The notes: generated by a model from the sequence alone, not told the origin. A stretch of DNA of 64,000 nt from the human T2T-CHM13v2.0 reference genome, Homo sapiens (GCF_009914755.1 NC_060927.1); one strand, 5' to 3'; counted from the stretch's first letter, positions 25,233-41,435 are shown. Translations and numbers: made by a program.

Positions 25233-25875
25233 CTGCAAAGACAGAGCAGATCTCCAGCACCACAGTGAGGCTGCATCCCGTCCTGCCTGTCTATATAGCT
25301 CTCTGAGAGAATGGTTTTCTGTCAGGTGACCAGTGAAACAGCAGAAAGAGATGGACTATTCAAACTGAGCAGCCAGAGGAAACACCGTGTGCACCACTAA
25401 TTCTCTCCCAGCCCTGCCTACTTTCTGGGCTGTCAATTCAACTGGAAAGACCAGGCACAGGTTGCACTAATCCTCTGTCCTCTGAGCAAAACCTTTTCTG
25501 TGTCCCTGGCACTTTGGGGACACCTTCCTGGAGCAGTCTCACTGACTGAGGACACAGATGGGAACAGCTGGCCTCATCTAATCTGAACTCATTAGCACTC
25601 CACTCCAAGCGCTACACAGAAGTTGTCCAACACATAAGCTGAAGTCGTCATATTGGCCCACCACCAGAATGAACAAGTCCAGGCTACAACACAGGATCAT
25701 GGACTCATCAGTAGTATGAAACTTCCTCTTTGACCCAGTAATATTTTTACAACTATATTAAAAATAGAGAAGTGGACAAAGATTTCTACTCAAGAATGCT
25801 CACCACAGGGTTATTGATAATAGCAAAGTAAGGGACAAAGAGGAATGGGGGCATGACTAAACTGAGCCATATTCA

Positions 25876-26283
<408 letters not shown>

Positions 26284-26696
26284 TTAAAAACGACATACTG
26301 CAACACTTCATTATTGTTGCATGCATATCTGCAGATGTGCAGAGAAATACTGGAATGGAGAATTAGCCAGACTTTAACCATGTCTGTCCCTCTGTGTGAG
26401 ATCACAGGTGGTTTGGGGGGTTTGTTGTTGTTTTGTTTTAACATAATACCTTTCCATATTTTCCAAATTCCTTATAATAATCCTGAGTTGTTCTTATAAC
26501 CAGAGGAGTGGGAAACCCACAGTAAACTGCTTTTTGAAACTAAAATGCTTTCTGGCCCTGAGCACACCTCTCCAGGCATCCCTGCCTCACCCAGGCCCCC
26601 GTGGCCTCTTTGACTGTTGACTTCACTTTAAGCAGATGCCCAGGCCCTAGGTCTTCCACCGGGCCCACCGCCCGCCCCTGTGATGGAGCTCCCTAC

Positions 26697-26851
26697 CAGC
26701 ACCAGGGCGATGCAGTCCTCTGTGGTGGAGGCCGAGGAGCAGGTCACGCTGCCTTCGCTCAAGCCACTCCACTGGTTACACTTGCGCAGCTCCTGCTCGC
26801 CCACCGCACACCACACGACCCGCGCACGCCGGGCAGCCACTTCCTCCTCAC
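26697..26851 (-). CDS. LTF: LTF exon 9 ([18 protein letters not shown]...CIALVL)
   Basis: 155 nt, CAG/GTAGG; inter-lobe helix and start of the C-lobe. Confidence 0.98.
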
Positions 26852-27687
26852 CTGCCAGAGGGAAGACCGCAGGTGGCTGGGCAACCTGAGCTTTGCCAGG
26901 TTGTCCAACCTCCCCAGAGCCAGGGTCCTGCCCAGACTCTCCCTGGAACAGGAGCTACAGTACATGTGTGGACATGTGGACCCATACCCTCTCCTCCTCC
27001 ACTTCTCAGCTCCAAGCCCCTTCTTCAGGTCCACAGAGCTCCCTGTGTTTCCCACTTCTGTTCCTTTGGAGAAGTTCCCTGGCTTCTAATCTATCCATTA
27101 ATCTTTAGAGTCAGGAGGCGCCTATTGTCTCTGTCTCTGAGGATAAACGCTCCATGACCCAGAGACCAGTGACAGTCCCAAGAGATGGCCTAGGGGACCT
27201 TGAGCCCAACCCTGACTTCCCCTAACGCCTGCAATCACCACCAATAACTACGGTGCAGCCTCTGGGTTCCCCCAGACTCCCACCCCCAGCCCCCCAGTAG
27301 AGAAGGAGCCATAGCTGAGTTCCCCCACCATGGTGTCCCCAACTAAGTTCAAGGTCTGGGCCTGGGAAGTGTGGGTAAATCCAGGCCCCCGGATTCATCC
27401 AGGAGGGGTCCTGGCTATCTTTGTTCATGTTCATGTTTCTCACTTAATAGGAGGCAAACTGATTTTTCTGCCAGGCCTGGGGAGCCTGACGTGCACTGAT
27501 CAGGTGGCCAGACTATTCTTTTAGAGACACCTGACCTAATCCACAGAAGACACTCACACCTGCATCAAACCTCCACGATGACCCCACAGTGTCTGGGAAA
27601 AGGAGTGACCGCCACAAAGTAGGGCCACCTGCTGGGAAGTAGAAGACCACACCAGGCGGACCTCAGGACCCTCCTGGGCTCACTCAC

Positions 27688-27862
27688 TTTTCCTCAAGTT
27701 CTGGATGGCAGTGAAGTAGCCGGAGCCAAGGTACAGCCCAGAATCTATCCTCGGGGGCACCCTCGAAAACCCAATGGCAGAGTCCTTGAACAGCAGATCT
27801 TTCTGCCCACTAGGGGAGCCAAAGAGCTGGAATTTCGGTGACTTGTCCTTTCCAAACTTTTC
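27688..27862 (-). CDS. LTF: LTF exon 8 ([14 protein letters not shown]...AIQNLRK)
   Basis: 175 nt, TAG/GTGAGT. Confidence 0.98.
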
Positions 27863-28328
27863 CTAATTAAGAAAAAATAGAATTATGGTGTCAATGGTAA
27901 ATAGGGAGGAAACAAAAAAATGATGTTAAAAAAGAGTATCTGGAGCTTTGGGATCATTCTAACTGAGAGCAGGAGCCTCGGTTGAGACCCTCCTGCAGAG
28001 GGACTTGTGCCATCTCGGAGACCCAAGCTCAGCTATGGCTCATTCTTTGAAGAGTTGCTGAGGTCCAAGCACCTTAGGGCCCTGAGAAGATTGCATCGAC
28101 CACCCCCTGCTTCTGCTCCCATCATAAGACGCTGTCAGCCCGTGTGACAGAAGAGTTTCATTGCTTCTGCTGTCCACAGTACAGCCTGGGCAAGCAGCCC
28201 AATGCATTAGTGTGCTATCCTGCAGCAAAGCTACAGGACTTCTGGAGTGGCAGAAGTCAGGGAAGTAAGAAACCTTGCTCCCTGCCCCCCATATCCAAGC
28301 AAGTGGGGAGGACCGTGGGTGAAGATAC

Positions 28329-28507
28329 CTGTGCCTGGCGGAGAAGATTCCAGATGGCATCCTCCTTGCCATTCACACTTCGTGCCACAACGGCATGAGA
28401 AGGGACCCGGGCCAGATGGCAGTCTTTGAACTTGTCCACTGGCTTCCGAGTGTTGTCTGGGCAGAGTAACTCATACTCGTCCCTTTCAGCCTCGTCTGAC
28501 AGGTCCT
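28329..28507 (-). CDS. LTF: LTF exon 7 ([15 protein letters not shown]...VPSHAVV...RQAQ)
   Basis: 179 nt, CAG/GTATC. Confidence 0.98.
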
Positions 28508-29019
28508 CTGCAGGGAAGGTGAGGTGGGAGGGAGTCTAGATAAGCCGACTCCAGCAGTAACCTCGAGCTATAGTTCCCCTTCTCCCTATAGAATTTTGAG
28601 CTTGGGGAGATAGCTGACAAAACTGAGGGTCAGAAAGGCAGGGGTTTGCTCCAGAACACTCAGAAAGGTAAAGGTAGTGCCCCAAAAGCCTCAGGGGGCA
28701 GCCGAGGTGTGATCCTCATCCTAAATCACTTAGGCCACCCTGGGGTTCCCGTGCAGCTGCTGCCTGGCAGGCCAGAGAGGCCAAACCAGACCCGTCTGTT
28801 TCTGCGGCATCTCTGCCTGGAAAAGTCACTTTGCAGAGACAAGCTCAGGGGGCCACCAAGGGTTGCTCCCTTACTCACATCTCTGGGAAGAATAAAAATG
28901 ACAAAAATGTTAACAAGGCAGGGAATAAGGCAGGAAGGTGAGACACTTTCCAACACTGAGTATATCAAAAGAAGGGGAAGAATGGTTTTATGAATGAGTT
29001 CAGGCAAATGTGGAATATC

Positions 29020-31215
<2,196 letters not shown>

Positions 31216-31217
31216 CT

Positions 31218-31510
31218 TGGTGATCCTGGGTGCATGTGGGGTCTGTCTCTGGTGGCCCTGGGTGCATGTGGAGGTCTGTTTCTGGTGGCCTCTGATGAAT
31301 GCGGGGTCTGTCTCTGATGGTCCTAGGTGAATGTGGGTGTTGTCTCTTTCTCTGGTGGTCCTGGGTGGATGTGGGGTGTGTCTCTGATGGTCCTGAGTGA
31401 ATGTGGGTGTCTGTCACTTTCTCTAGTGGCCCTGGGTGGAATATAGTAGCCCTGTCTCTATTGGTCTTGCATGAAATGTAGTGAGCTTATGTCCACTAGT
31501 CCTGGGTGCA
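31218..31510 (+). repeat. Degenerate ~32-bp minisatellite (~8-9 units)
   Basis: Unit approximately TGGTGGTCCTGGGTGAATGTGGGGTCTGTCTC. Confidence 0.8.
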
Positions 31511-32138
31511 GTGTGTTTAGCCTCTACATACTCATCAACTGCTTTATTATAAGTCCAGGAGGGACGCTGTCCAGCAGGTAAGTAAGGAACACAGGTGAAG
31601 GTATCAGTCGTGTGGCTGCATGTGGTAGAGGAAAAGAGAGCACAACCTCTGTCCATCACTATGGTGACAGAGAAGTAAAAGGTGGATGTATTCCACGGAA
31701 CACTCCTCAACTGTTAGGACCCCTGAGCTAGACATGTATACAACAATACCGATAAACCTCTAAAACAAAATGCTGAGCAGAAAACCCAAGTAGCAGGATT
31801 TCTAATGCTCACTAAAACCTCTATGAACCCAGAAACCGGAAACACAAACCAGCACAATCTGTTCTGCATGAGCACATGTGTCTTGGAGGACTGGAGGACG
31901 CATTGCCAAGCACCTAGGCATGGGTGTCTATGAGGGGAAGAGAAAGGCAGTAGGCACAGGAGGTTTGAAGAAAACTGATCATTTAAAATATGAAAGATCA
32001 TAAAATCAGAGCTGTGCCCTGTAGGAATCTTGAAAATGGTCTGCCATGAACTTAGGAATCTAATTAGCTCAAAGGTCAGAGTCATGATCAAGTAAGATAA
32101 AAGGGGTCAGTACCCACGGCTCATTACCCTGCTCTTAC

Positions 32139-32194
32139 CAAACACTGTGCTCTCTCTGATAAAAGCCACGTCTCCAGCCCCGTCTCTCAGACAC
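32139..32194 (-). CDS. LTF: LTF exon 6 (CLRDGAGDVAFIRESTVF)
   Basis: 56 nt, CAG/GTAAG. Confidence 0.97.
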
Positions 32195-33127
32195 CTGTGA
32201 AAAGAGAAACCATCAGGGGTAAGCACAGGCAGCCCTCCCCAGCCCCTCCCTGTGGAACAGTAGCCCTGGCACTCAGCATCTATGGGTTTCTACTCCCTGC
32301 AGGGCAGGGCTCTGAAGCTTTGGGGCATCCCAGCTGGGAAGGTAGGGGCCCCCTCCAGGTAGATACTGAAGAATGACTCAGGTGCTAGCCAGAGGCCCCC
32401 ATCTTCTGCTTTGAGGGCTAAGAGGACAAAACTTTTTTCTATATAAAGGAGAGTTTTGAAGCCTCTACCCAAGAGGGTAAAGCCTTAGCATCACTGTTCA
32501 TGTGGCTGTTTTCCTCAGGACTGAGTGTGCAGGTGTGCCCTGGCCAGTGGGGAAGTGTGGAGGCCTCCCTCTGCAAAAATACGCTAGTGCCAGCAGACAG
32601 AATGGGAAAAGGGGGAGCTCAGCCTCCGCGTGGGGGCAGAGAGGATGGGGGCGAATCAGGCATTGCTCACTGTCCTTCAGCCACGGGGAGAGGCCCAGGT
32701 GGGCAGAAGGACATCAGCCTGGACACTGCAGCGGTCCTGCCCAACCAGGAGCCAGGACTGGACATCTCATGACAAGATGCCTTCAGTCCTGCTGTGGTTA
32801 GGCAGGCGGCAGAAATTAGTATGAGGAACCCAGGACAACAGGGCAGCCAAGTTGGATTCAGGGCTCTCTGAGGTAACAGGAGGGCCCACAGCCACAGTGA
32901 CTGCCCGTGGGGCTGGTGAGAAGTTGGGGGCACAGTTGGGCCCGGAAGGCTGGAGGGGAACACACACTGGGCAGGCCTGCACTCTCTTTGGACACACAGC
33001 AGTAGGAGAACAGACCTCCTCTCGTCCCCAAGAGCAGGCTGGGCTCTATGTGGGGCCAGAGAAAAGGCCTCCCGGCCTGAGGCCAAGGGACACTTGGCCA
33101 CTGACGAGAAGGGGACAGGGTCACTCA

Positions 33128-33322
<195 letters not shown>

Positions 33323-33612
33323 TCACAGCAGGTTACACCTCCCATCCTGAGGTCTCCGTGGGCAAGGCCCCTTCCTCCACCCCTGCAGGAGAGACTCTGT
33401 CATGGGGCTGGGAGCTCGAGACATGCACCTCTGCCGAGAGCAGACTCAGCTGTGCCTCCCAAGGGCTGCTAGGGTAACGGATCCTGCCAGCAGGATGTTA
33501 CAAGCTGGCCAGCCTCACCCCCACCTTGATTCATCCCACACTTTCACCTGCATGATCTGTGTGGCCTGTGCTTACAACTGGAATAGAGCCCCCTGCCTGA
33601 GGCCACTCACTA

Positions 33613-33975
<363 letters not shown>

Positions 33976-34123
33976 TCATCTGGCCCAGAGCCCAGCGACT
34001 CCATTCCCTACATGTGTGATGTGACCCAGACTCCACCTCCACATGTTCCCCCAGTCTTAATCCACACAGCTCAGGGCACAGGCTGAGGCCACCGTGGCCT
34101 CTGGGTCCCCAGGCAGAACTCAC

Positions 34124-34232
34124 GTCTTTCGGTCCCGTAGACTTCCGCCGCTACAGGTCGCAGTTTGTAGGGGGCCAGGCCTGCCTCGTATATGAAACCA
34201 CCATCAAGGGTCACAGCATCGGCCCTGTTTTC
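34124..34232 (-). CDS. LTF: LTF exon 3 ([12 protein letters not shown]...YGTER)
   Basis: 109 nt, CAG/GTGAGT. Confidence 0.98.
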
Positions 34233-34701
34233 CTGAAAGTAAAGAGGCCAGACTGGCTTCAGCAGAAAACTCACCCAAACCCAGCAAGTGGGACTTCAGG
34301 ACCTCAAAAAGTCTCCATGGCTGGAAGGGTCGTCAAAGGGGTCCGCTTTCCATCCTGTCCCCTCACTTCCTATGAGAGATGGTGAGAGCCAAGGACCCCT
34401 GTTTTGGGACAGTGAGCACCAGCCCTCTAAGTCCTGAGACTGGCGCCTGCCCTCTTTCTCCTCTGCCTGCCTGTGTCACTCTCCCGATCACACCCCTCAC
34501 AGTCATCTATATTTGAAGTCGTTTGTTCTAGATACTTTCTATTTTTGCTCTATATTCATTTCTTTTAAGTTCTGTTTTATTGGATAGAAAATATAGTTAT
34601 TAAGCTATCCTAAAATTTTCATAAGAAACCATGTTCCTCCGCTTCAGCACATTGCTTCCCACATGATTACATATTTCTTTGGTTTGCAATGTGGGATAGT
34701 T

Positions 34702-35032
34702 TAGTGGTCCCCAACTTTTTTGCCACCAAGGACCAGTTTCAGGGAATGTAATTTTTCCACAGACAGATGGGGAATGGTTTTGGGATGAAACCGTTCCACC
34801 TCTGATCATCAGGCATTGGATTCTCATAGGGAGTGCAACCTAGATCCCTCGCATGCACAGTTCACACTAGGGTTCACACTCCTATGAGAATCTAATGCCG
34901 CCGCTGATCTGACAGGAGGTGGAGCTCAGGCAGTCATGCTCACTGGCCCTCTGCTCACCTCCTGGTCTGAGGTCTAGTTCCTAACAGGCCATCAACCGGT
35001 ACCAGTCCGTGGCCAGGTGGTGGGGACCCCTG
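34702..35032 (+). mobile_element. MER1B-like hAT-Charlie DNA transposon
   Basis: Termini TAGTGGTCCCCAAC and GGGGACCCCTG (degenerate TIRs), ~330 bp, with a characteristic internal palindrome. Confidence 0.85.
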
Positions 35033-35563
35033 GGATACATCATATTTTGTGGACTGCTTATTCCTCTAAAACTGGATACATTTTCTAACTTCTGCAGAGC
35101 CTTTACTGATTTTGTAGACAGCATAATGTTTTCTCATAATGTGGGTGTTCTATCGTGTATTGAATAATTTCCCCCAATGTTTAGCATTTAAGTTTATTTC
35201 TAACTGTTTCCTGTGAAGACTGTATTTTCATGAATATCTTTGTCCTCAGTGTTTTTCCTTGTGACCACTTGTGTCCTTGGGTAGGCAGCTGAGGGTGGAA
35301 TCCCCCAGATGAGGAGCACGTTTCCCCCTGTGACCCGGGCTGCCGTTGCCATTCTGCTTCCAGAAGACTTATAATACCAATTCAGAATGGCGCTGACCGT
35401 GAGGACCAGCTTCACTCTTGAATCACCAGCAGGGCAGGCTATCATTCTATTAGCTGTTATTACTATAGAAAATGTGAGTACTAACAAATCGCTCAGGTCT
35501 GATTAGTAAGGGGAACATCTCACAAGTATTTTTTATTAATTATGAATTCCCTCTTACTGGTAA

Positions 35564-35917
<354 letters not shown>

Positions 35918-36233
35918 TTGAGTTATTCTTTTATAGAGTGTAAATAGTAATCATGTGTCAGAGCTGGCGCATATTCATTCATTCCAGTCCTTTCTAATTT
36001 TTTTATTTAAATATTTTCTATGGGCTATGAATTACATTTTCTGTATTTTAGAATATCTGTTTGTTTCGTGATTTAGATCATCATTTAAGAGATTTCTATT
36101 TCCTCTACAGTTCTGCTAGTTAACCTGCCCCCTAGTTTTTCAATAATACAAGTTTTATTTTTAACCATTTAATCTATCTCAACTTTATTTGAATGAATGG
36201 TATGTAGTACTGATTTCAAACAGGGATCTTATT

Positions 36234-36283
36234 TTCCGAGATCAGACGAGATCAGACGCGTTCAGCGTGGTATGGCCTTGGAC
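36234..36283 (-). pseudogene. 5S rRNA retropseudogene fragment (5S nt ~1-50, tailless)
   Basis: Reverse complement GTCCAAGGCCATACCACGCTGAACGCGTCTGATCTCGTCTGATCTCGGAA versus 5S GTCTACGGCCATACCACCCTGAACGCGCCCGATCTCGTCTGATCTCGGAA. TSD GGATCTTATTTT. Confidence 0.92.
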
Positions 36284-36397
36284 AGGATCTTATTTTAAAA
36301 GGCAGATTTTGTGGCTTCTTTCACATATATTCAGATTGAGTAGGTTAGAATAGAGCCTAGGAATCTGCATTTTAAACAAGCAAGAGATGCTGGTGCT

Positions 36398-36707
<310 letters not shown>

Positions 36708-37489
36708 ACTGGTACTGTTTGTATGCAGGTAATAGTTGTAAAATAATAGCCTAAAACATTGATTAAACTAGATTTTTCCCTAAGTGCTATTCTAATAACT
36801 CCATTGTATTTATAAGATAATCCTATGAAGTTGCCTCGGGAACTTTTATGCAAATTATTCACTCTGCTGGAGTTGAGTACACATGATTATGGCACATGGC
36901 AGGTACACAGAATATATTTGTTGAATGAATGAGTAAAAATCATTTCAGTAGATCTTACATCTCAAAAAATAAAAGGAATCAGAAATCATATACAAGTCAT
37001 GATACCCTTTTCTCTCTCTCTGAAAGTGTCTTGGACAAAAGTCTTTCTAACACCCAGCACCCTGGCAGGCCCTGCCCCAGCCATGTGATGTGGCAACGGT
37101 GACCAGGACAAGCTTCTTTCTCACAGGGTTTAGAGGTCATGACTCTTTTGGAGGATTTCCCTCTCTGAGTAACTTTGCTTTTTGCTGATCCTATGTATTC
37201 ATCAAATACAACTGATTACATTTCATTTTGGAACAGTTGTTATTAATGAATAACAGTTGTTATTATAGTTTATGTGGAGGCTCCAGGTTCCTCACACATG
37301 GTCTCTTGACTTAAGCTCCTTCCTTTCTGCTCTGAAAATAGCACAGTTCCCTGTGAGAGAGGACGGCTCCCCACTTCGTTGCCCAACAGGTGAAGCAGAG
37401 GAAGTAAGGAGAGCTCGTGTTCTATCTTTTTCCATTTCTCTCTCCCTTCCATTCAGCTTGGTCCCAACCAACACCCGGCATTGACTCAC

Positions 37490-37656
37490 CGCAATGGCCT
37501 GGATACACTGGATGGGGGAGTCTCTCTTTATGCAGCTGACAGGAGGGCCACGCACTTTTCTCATATTCCTTTGCCATTGGAAGCATTTTGTGGCCTCGGG
37601 TTGGGATACGGCGCACCACTGAACACTCCTTCTCCTACGGCCAGCCAGACACAGTC
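37490..37656 (-). CDS. LTF: LTF exon 2 (GLCLAGRRRRSVQWCAVS...CIQAIA; lactoferricin region)
   Basis: 167 nt, CAG/GTGAGT. Confidence 0.99.
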
Positions 37657-38409
37657 CTGGGAGAGAGGGGCCAAGGAGTAAGGATTCAACCACTGACTGA
37701 GGGCGTGACCACCGCACCCTCTGATGGAGTTTTCCAGACTCCTCCCTCTCTCTCGGCTGCCCTCCTTCCCTCTCCATTTCATGGCTATGTCCAGCCATTC
37801 TCCACAAGTGGAGGCATCTTGCTGGACTAATAGGATCTCTGCATTGGCTAGAGGTCTGTGGTTCTCAATAAATTAAAGGAGAAAGTCCCTCTAGATTATT
37901 TTCATTCCTATGACTTTGACATGTTTCCTACCACTTAAAAAATGATGGTGATCCCCCAGATCAGTTATGGAATTCTTCTACCAGCTTTGCCCACTTTGAA
38001 CCTGGAAGGTAGGCAGGAAAGGAGTCATTGCTCCTGTTTTACTGATGTGGAAATTGGCTCCTAAGGAGGCTGAGTGACTCGCCACTCAGCAGTGCAGAGC
38101 CCAGCTGAGAATCCACGTCTCTCTAGATTGTTTTGTGCATAAATCTCTTCCCAGGGAATGCCAAGAGAACAGGGGAAAATATACCTGAGTCGGTTGGTAG
38201 CTGAGGTAAATGGTAAGTCAGTGTCAATGGGGACAAATCAGTTGGTTGGTGTGCCTGAGCTACCACCATTCACTCTGCACAGAAAGACTGGTGCTCCTGT
38301 TGAGCCTGCTTTTTTTGCTCAAATACTGGTTCTTCTTTTGAGCCTGCTTTTGTTGCTCAAATCCATGTAATTAGGGAGGAAGATGCATTGAATTTACTCA
38401 CCTGGTTGC

Positions 38410-39650
38410 CTGATAAAAGGCATCCACAAAAAACCTGCAATGAACATCATACTAAAATGGTGAAAGACTGACTGCTTTCCACCTAAGATCAGGAATGATG
38501 AGAGAGTGTCCACACTCAACTCTTCTATTCAACAGTACTAGAGATTCTAGTCACAGCAATAAGGCAAGAAAAGAAATGAGACACCCATATTGGAAAGAAA
38601 GAAGTAAAACTGACTTTACTTTCAGATAACATGATCTTCTATGTAGAAAATACTGAAGAATCTACAAAGTACTATTAGAATTAATAAACAAGTACAGCCA
38701 GGCCACAGGATACAAGATCAATATACAAAAATTGATCATATTTTTGCATACAGCACAGAACAATCTAAAAATGAAATTAAGAACATAATGCTAGATAGTA
38801 TAACATCAAAAAGGATTTAGTACATGACGGGTAAATGATAAGAACAGACATTTTACCAAAGAAGATATATGAATGGACAATAAGCACATGAAAAGTGCTC
38901 AATATCATTAGTCAAAAATGCAAATTGAAAATGCAACGAAATATCATTTCACAGCCACTGAACAGGTTATAATAGCTAAAACAGACAATGACACATATCG
39001 ATGAGGATGTGGAGAAGTGGAAACCCTCATACATTGCTGAGAATGTAAAATGACCAGCCACTTTGTAAAACAGGTTGGCAGCTTCTCAAAATGTGAAGCA
39101 CAGAGTTCCAATAGGACCCAACAATTGCACTTCTAGGCATATAGCCAGAAGAAATATTATAAGAACCTATCATACATAAATGCTTGTGCATGAATATTCA
39201 TAGCAGTGTTATTTAGAATAGTAGAAAACTGGAAACAACCTAAATGTCCAATAACTGGTGAATGTACATCCATTCAATGGAATATTACTCAGCAGTGAAA
39301 AGAACTACTGGCATGCCCCACAACATGAACGAGCCTCAGTTATGCTCAGTGAAGGAAGCCAGACACAAGAGACCACATGCTGTATGATTCCATTTGAATG
39401 AAATGTCCAGAAAAGGCAAATTTATGGAGACAAGAAAATAGATTAGTGGTTGTCTGATGCTGGGGTAGAAATGAGGATTAACTATAAACAGGCATGAGGG
39501 ACCTTTACTGGGGGGGATAAAAGTGTTCTAAAACAGATTTATGGTGATAGTTGCACACTCGGTAAGGTTACTGAAACTCATTGAATTGTACGCAAATAGG
39601 TGATTTTTTATGATATGGAAAATGTACCTCAGTAAAGCTGTTACCAAAAA
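38410..39650 (+). mobile_element. L1MB-type LINE 3' portion with internal deletion
   Basis: L1 ORF2/3'UTR strings (CTAAGATCAGGAA; GGATACAAGATCAATATACAAAA; CTCAGTAAAGCTGTT plus A-rich tail). Confidence 0.85.
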
Positions 39651-40877
39651 CTAAAACAAAAAACAAACAAACAAAAAAACAAAATAAACACACAGTTGTA
39701 AAAGCCCTCTGCCCTTTGGATGTGCTATGGGGTAGAATGTTCAGCCTCTGCTGTCTCCTGTTTCTGAGCCATCCCCTTATGGCGAGAGCCACCCATGGCC
39801 CTTGGGTGGGCAAGAGGCCTGTAGCTCCCTGGCTGAGTCTGCAGAGGTTTGGGGACACCTAGCTGCCATACTCCCCCTTCATCCACCCTCATCCCGGGGA
39901 AATCCCAGGGAATATAATCTTGCCTTGGAAGCCTTTATAGAACTATCCCACACTGAGAATTAACCCAATCAGATGCAGCCATTTGTGACCCAGTGAGCAT
40001 TAACTGGATGCCTGCTGTACAAACAGCACTGTGTGTCACGCAAGGAATGTGTAAGCGGACAGGACCAGATTTCACTTCTCACTGGAGAGGCAAAAATCCA
40101 AAAAGAGGAAGCTAAGAATGGTGGATGTGTTAAAAGAGAACAAATACCAAACAAATACCAGCTAATGGAGACATACGTGTCTCCATTAGTTGCCACAGCT
40201 CCTCTGTATTGTGAATTCTGCCAACCTCTCCATTCTCCAGGGGAGGGAGCTATGGCTTTAACTAGTTATGTGGCTTGTGGAAGTTCCCATAGCTAATAAG
40301 TAAGTGTTGGATCTAGGACTCCAACCTAAGCAGTCAGGCACTAAACTCCCCTACTCTTACCACTGGGCTAGCCTGCCTATTTAGGTTGGCAAAGTTAGAG
40401 ACAGGTTGGAGATGGGGCTAGAAAAGGGTCTGGGTCAGATCCTGGAAAGTCTCCAATGCTGATCCAGGGAGGTCTTATTCAGGATGCAGTGAAGCTGTGA
40501 CTCACGGGAGACTCTCCCTAGGGCAGGGGCAGAGTGAACTGAGACCTGGGAACAGGCAGAGAAGCTGTGGCCAACGAAGGCACCAGGGAAGGGCTAGTCT
40601 GAGTGGAGAGAGGGGACAGCACTGAGAACAGAGAAGGGGGCAGGGAGCTGGTATCAGAAATCAGCTTGGTAATGGGTGGGTTCTGGGGGTGAAGGGAGAG
40701 AGTAAAATGGAAGACCATGCCTCAAGCCGGAGGTGGGGGCTGAGCAATGACGGGAACCTGTGGGCAGAGTTCATTTCTTCCCCTAAGAGGAGCTGAACCA
40801 GAGTGACTAAAGGACCGCTGAGCTCCCTTCCAGGATTCCCAGTCCCCAGCCCCCCAAACACCAGGTGAAGTCTCCAC

Positions 40878-40949
40878 GCTCTTACCTCCCAGCTCTGGAG
40901 CTGTGTGACCCACAAGCTCTTACCTCCCAGCTCTGGAGCTATGTGACCC
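40878..40949. repeat. 38-bp tandem duplication
   Basis: GCTCTTACCTCCCAGCTCTGGAGCT(G/A)TGTGACCC occurs at 40878 and 40916. Confidence 0.95.
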
Positions 40950-41280
40950 CCTGAAGCAGGTCTAGGTCTGGCCCCTCCAAAATCTTCAACCCCACACTTG
41001 TATTCAGTGTCAGGCACTCAGATGCTGCCCACTGGACCTGGCTGGACACTGGCCAAAACACACATTCTGGGCAGACATGCAGTGCGCTGGCCTCCAAGGC
41101 AGGGGCCAGGACAGGAGTTACTCTCCCCACCTACCCACACAGCTCATGATAGGGCCCAAGCAGACTGCTCAGACTGATGGGAAACCTCATGAGTGCCTCC
41201 CAGCCCATGGCTCCAGGGCTAAGCAGACAGACTCCTCCACCCAATGCTCACACGGCTTAGATCCAGCTGGCCCCACTCAC

Positions 41281-41435
41281 CCAACTTCTGTCAGCCTGGA
41301 CACCCACGGGGAGCAGGGCAGGAATTCCACAGGGCAACTGCCACCCTTTCCTCAGGAAGGACAAGGGTTGCAATGGCACTTTGGGGTACAAGCCACCATC
41401 CCAATTGACTGCAGGATTCAAACTTCAGACCTCAG
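41281..41435 (-). other. LTF: Alternative first exon 1-beta (delta-lactoferrin, P2 promoter); 5' end approximate
   Basis: Donor TTGG/GTGAGT at 41281/41280 and TATA-like TTTTATATT at 41466-41474. Position in intron 1 and sequence agree with my recollection of the delta-Lf 5' exon. Confidence 0.75.

Noticed and set aside
31218-31510. Repeat array superficially like a CRISPR array
   Set aside because: Head-to-tail degenerate units with no unique spacers, no cas genes, and a human intronic context.
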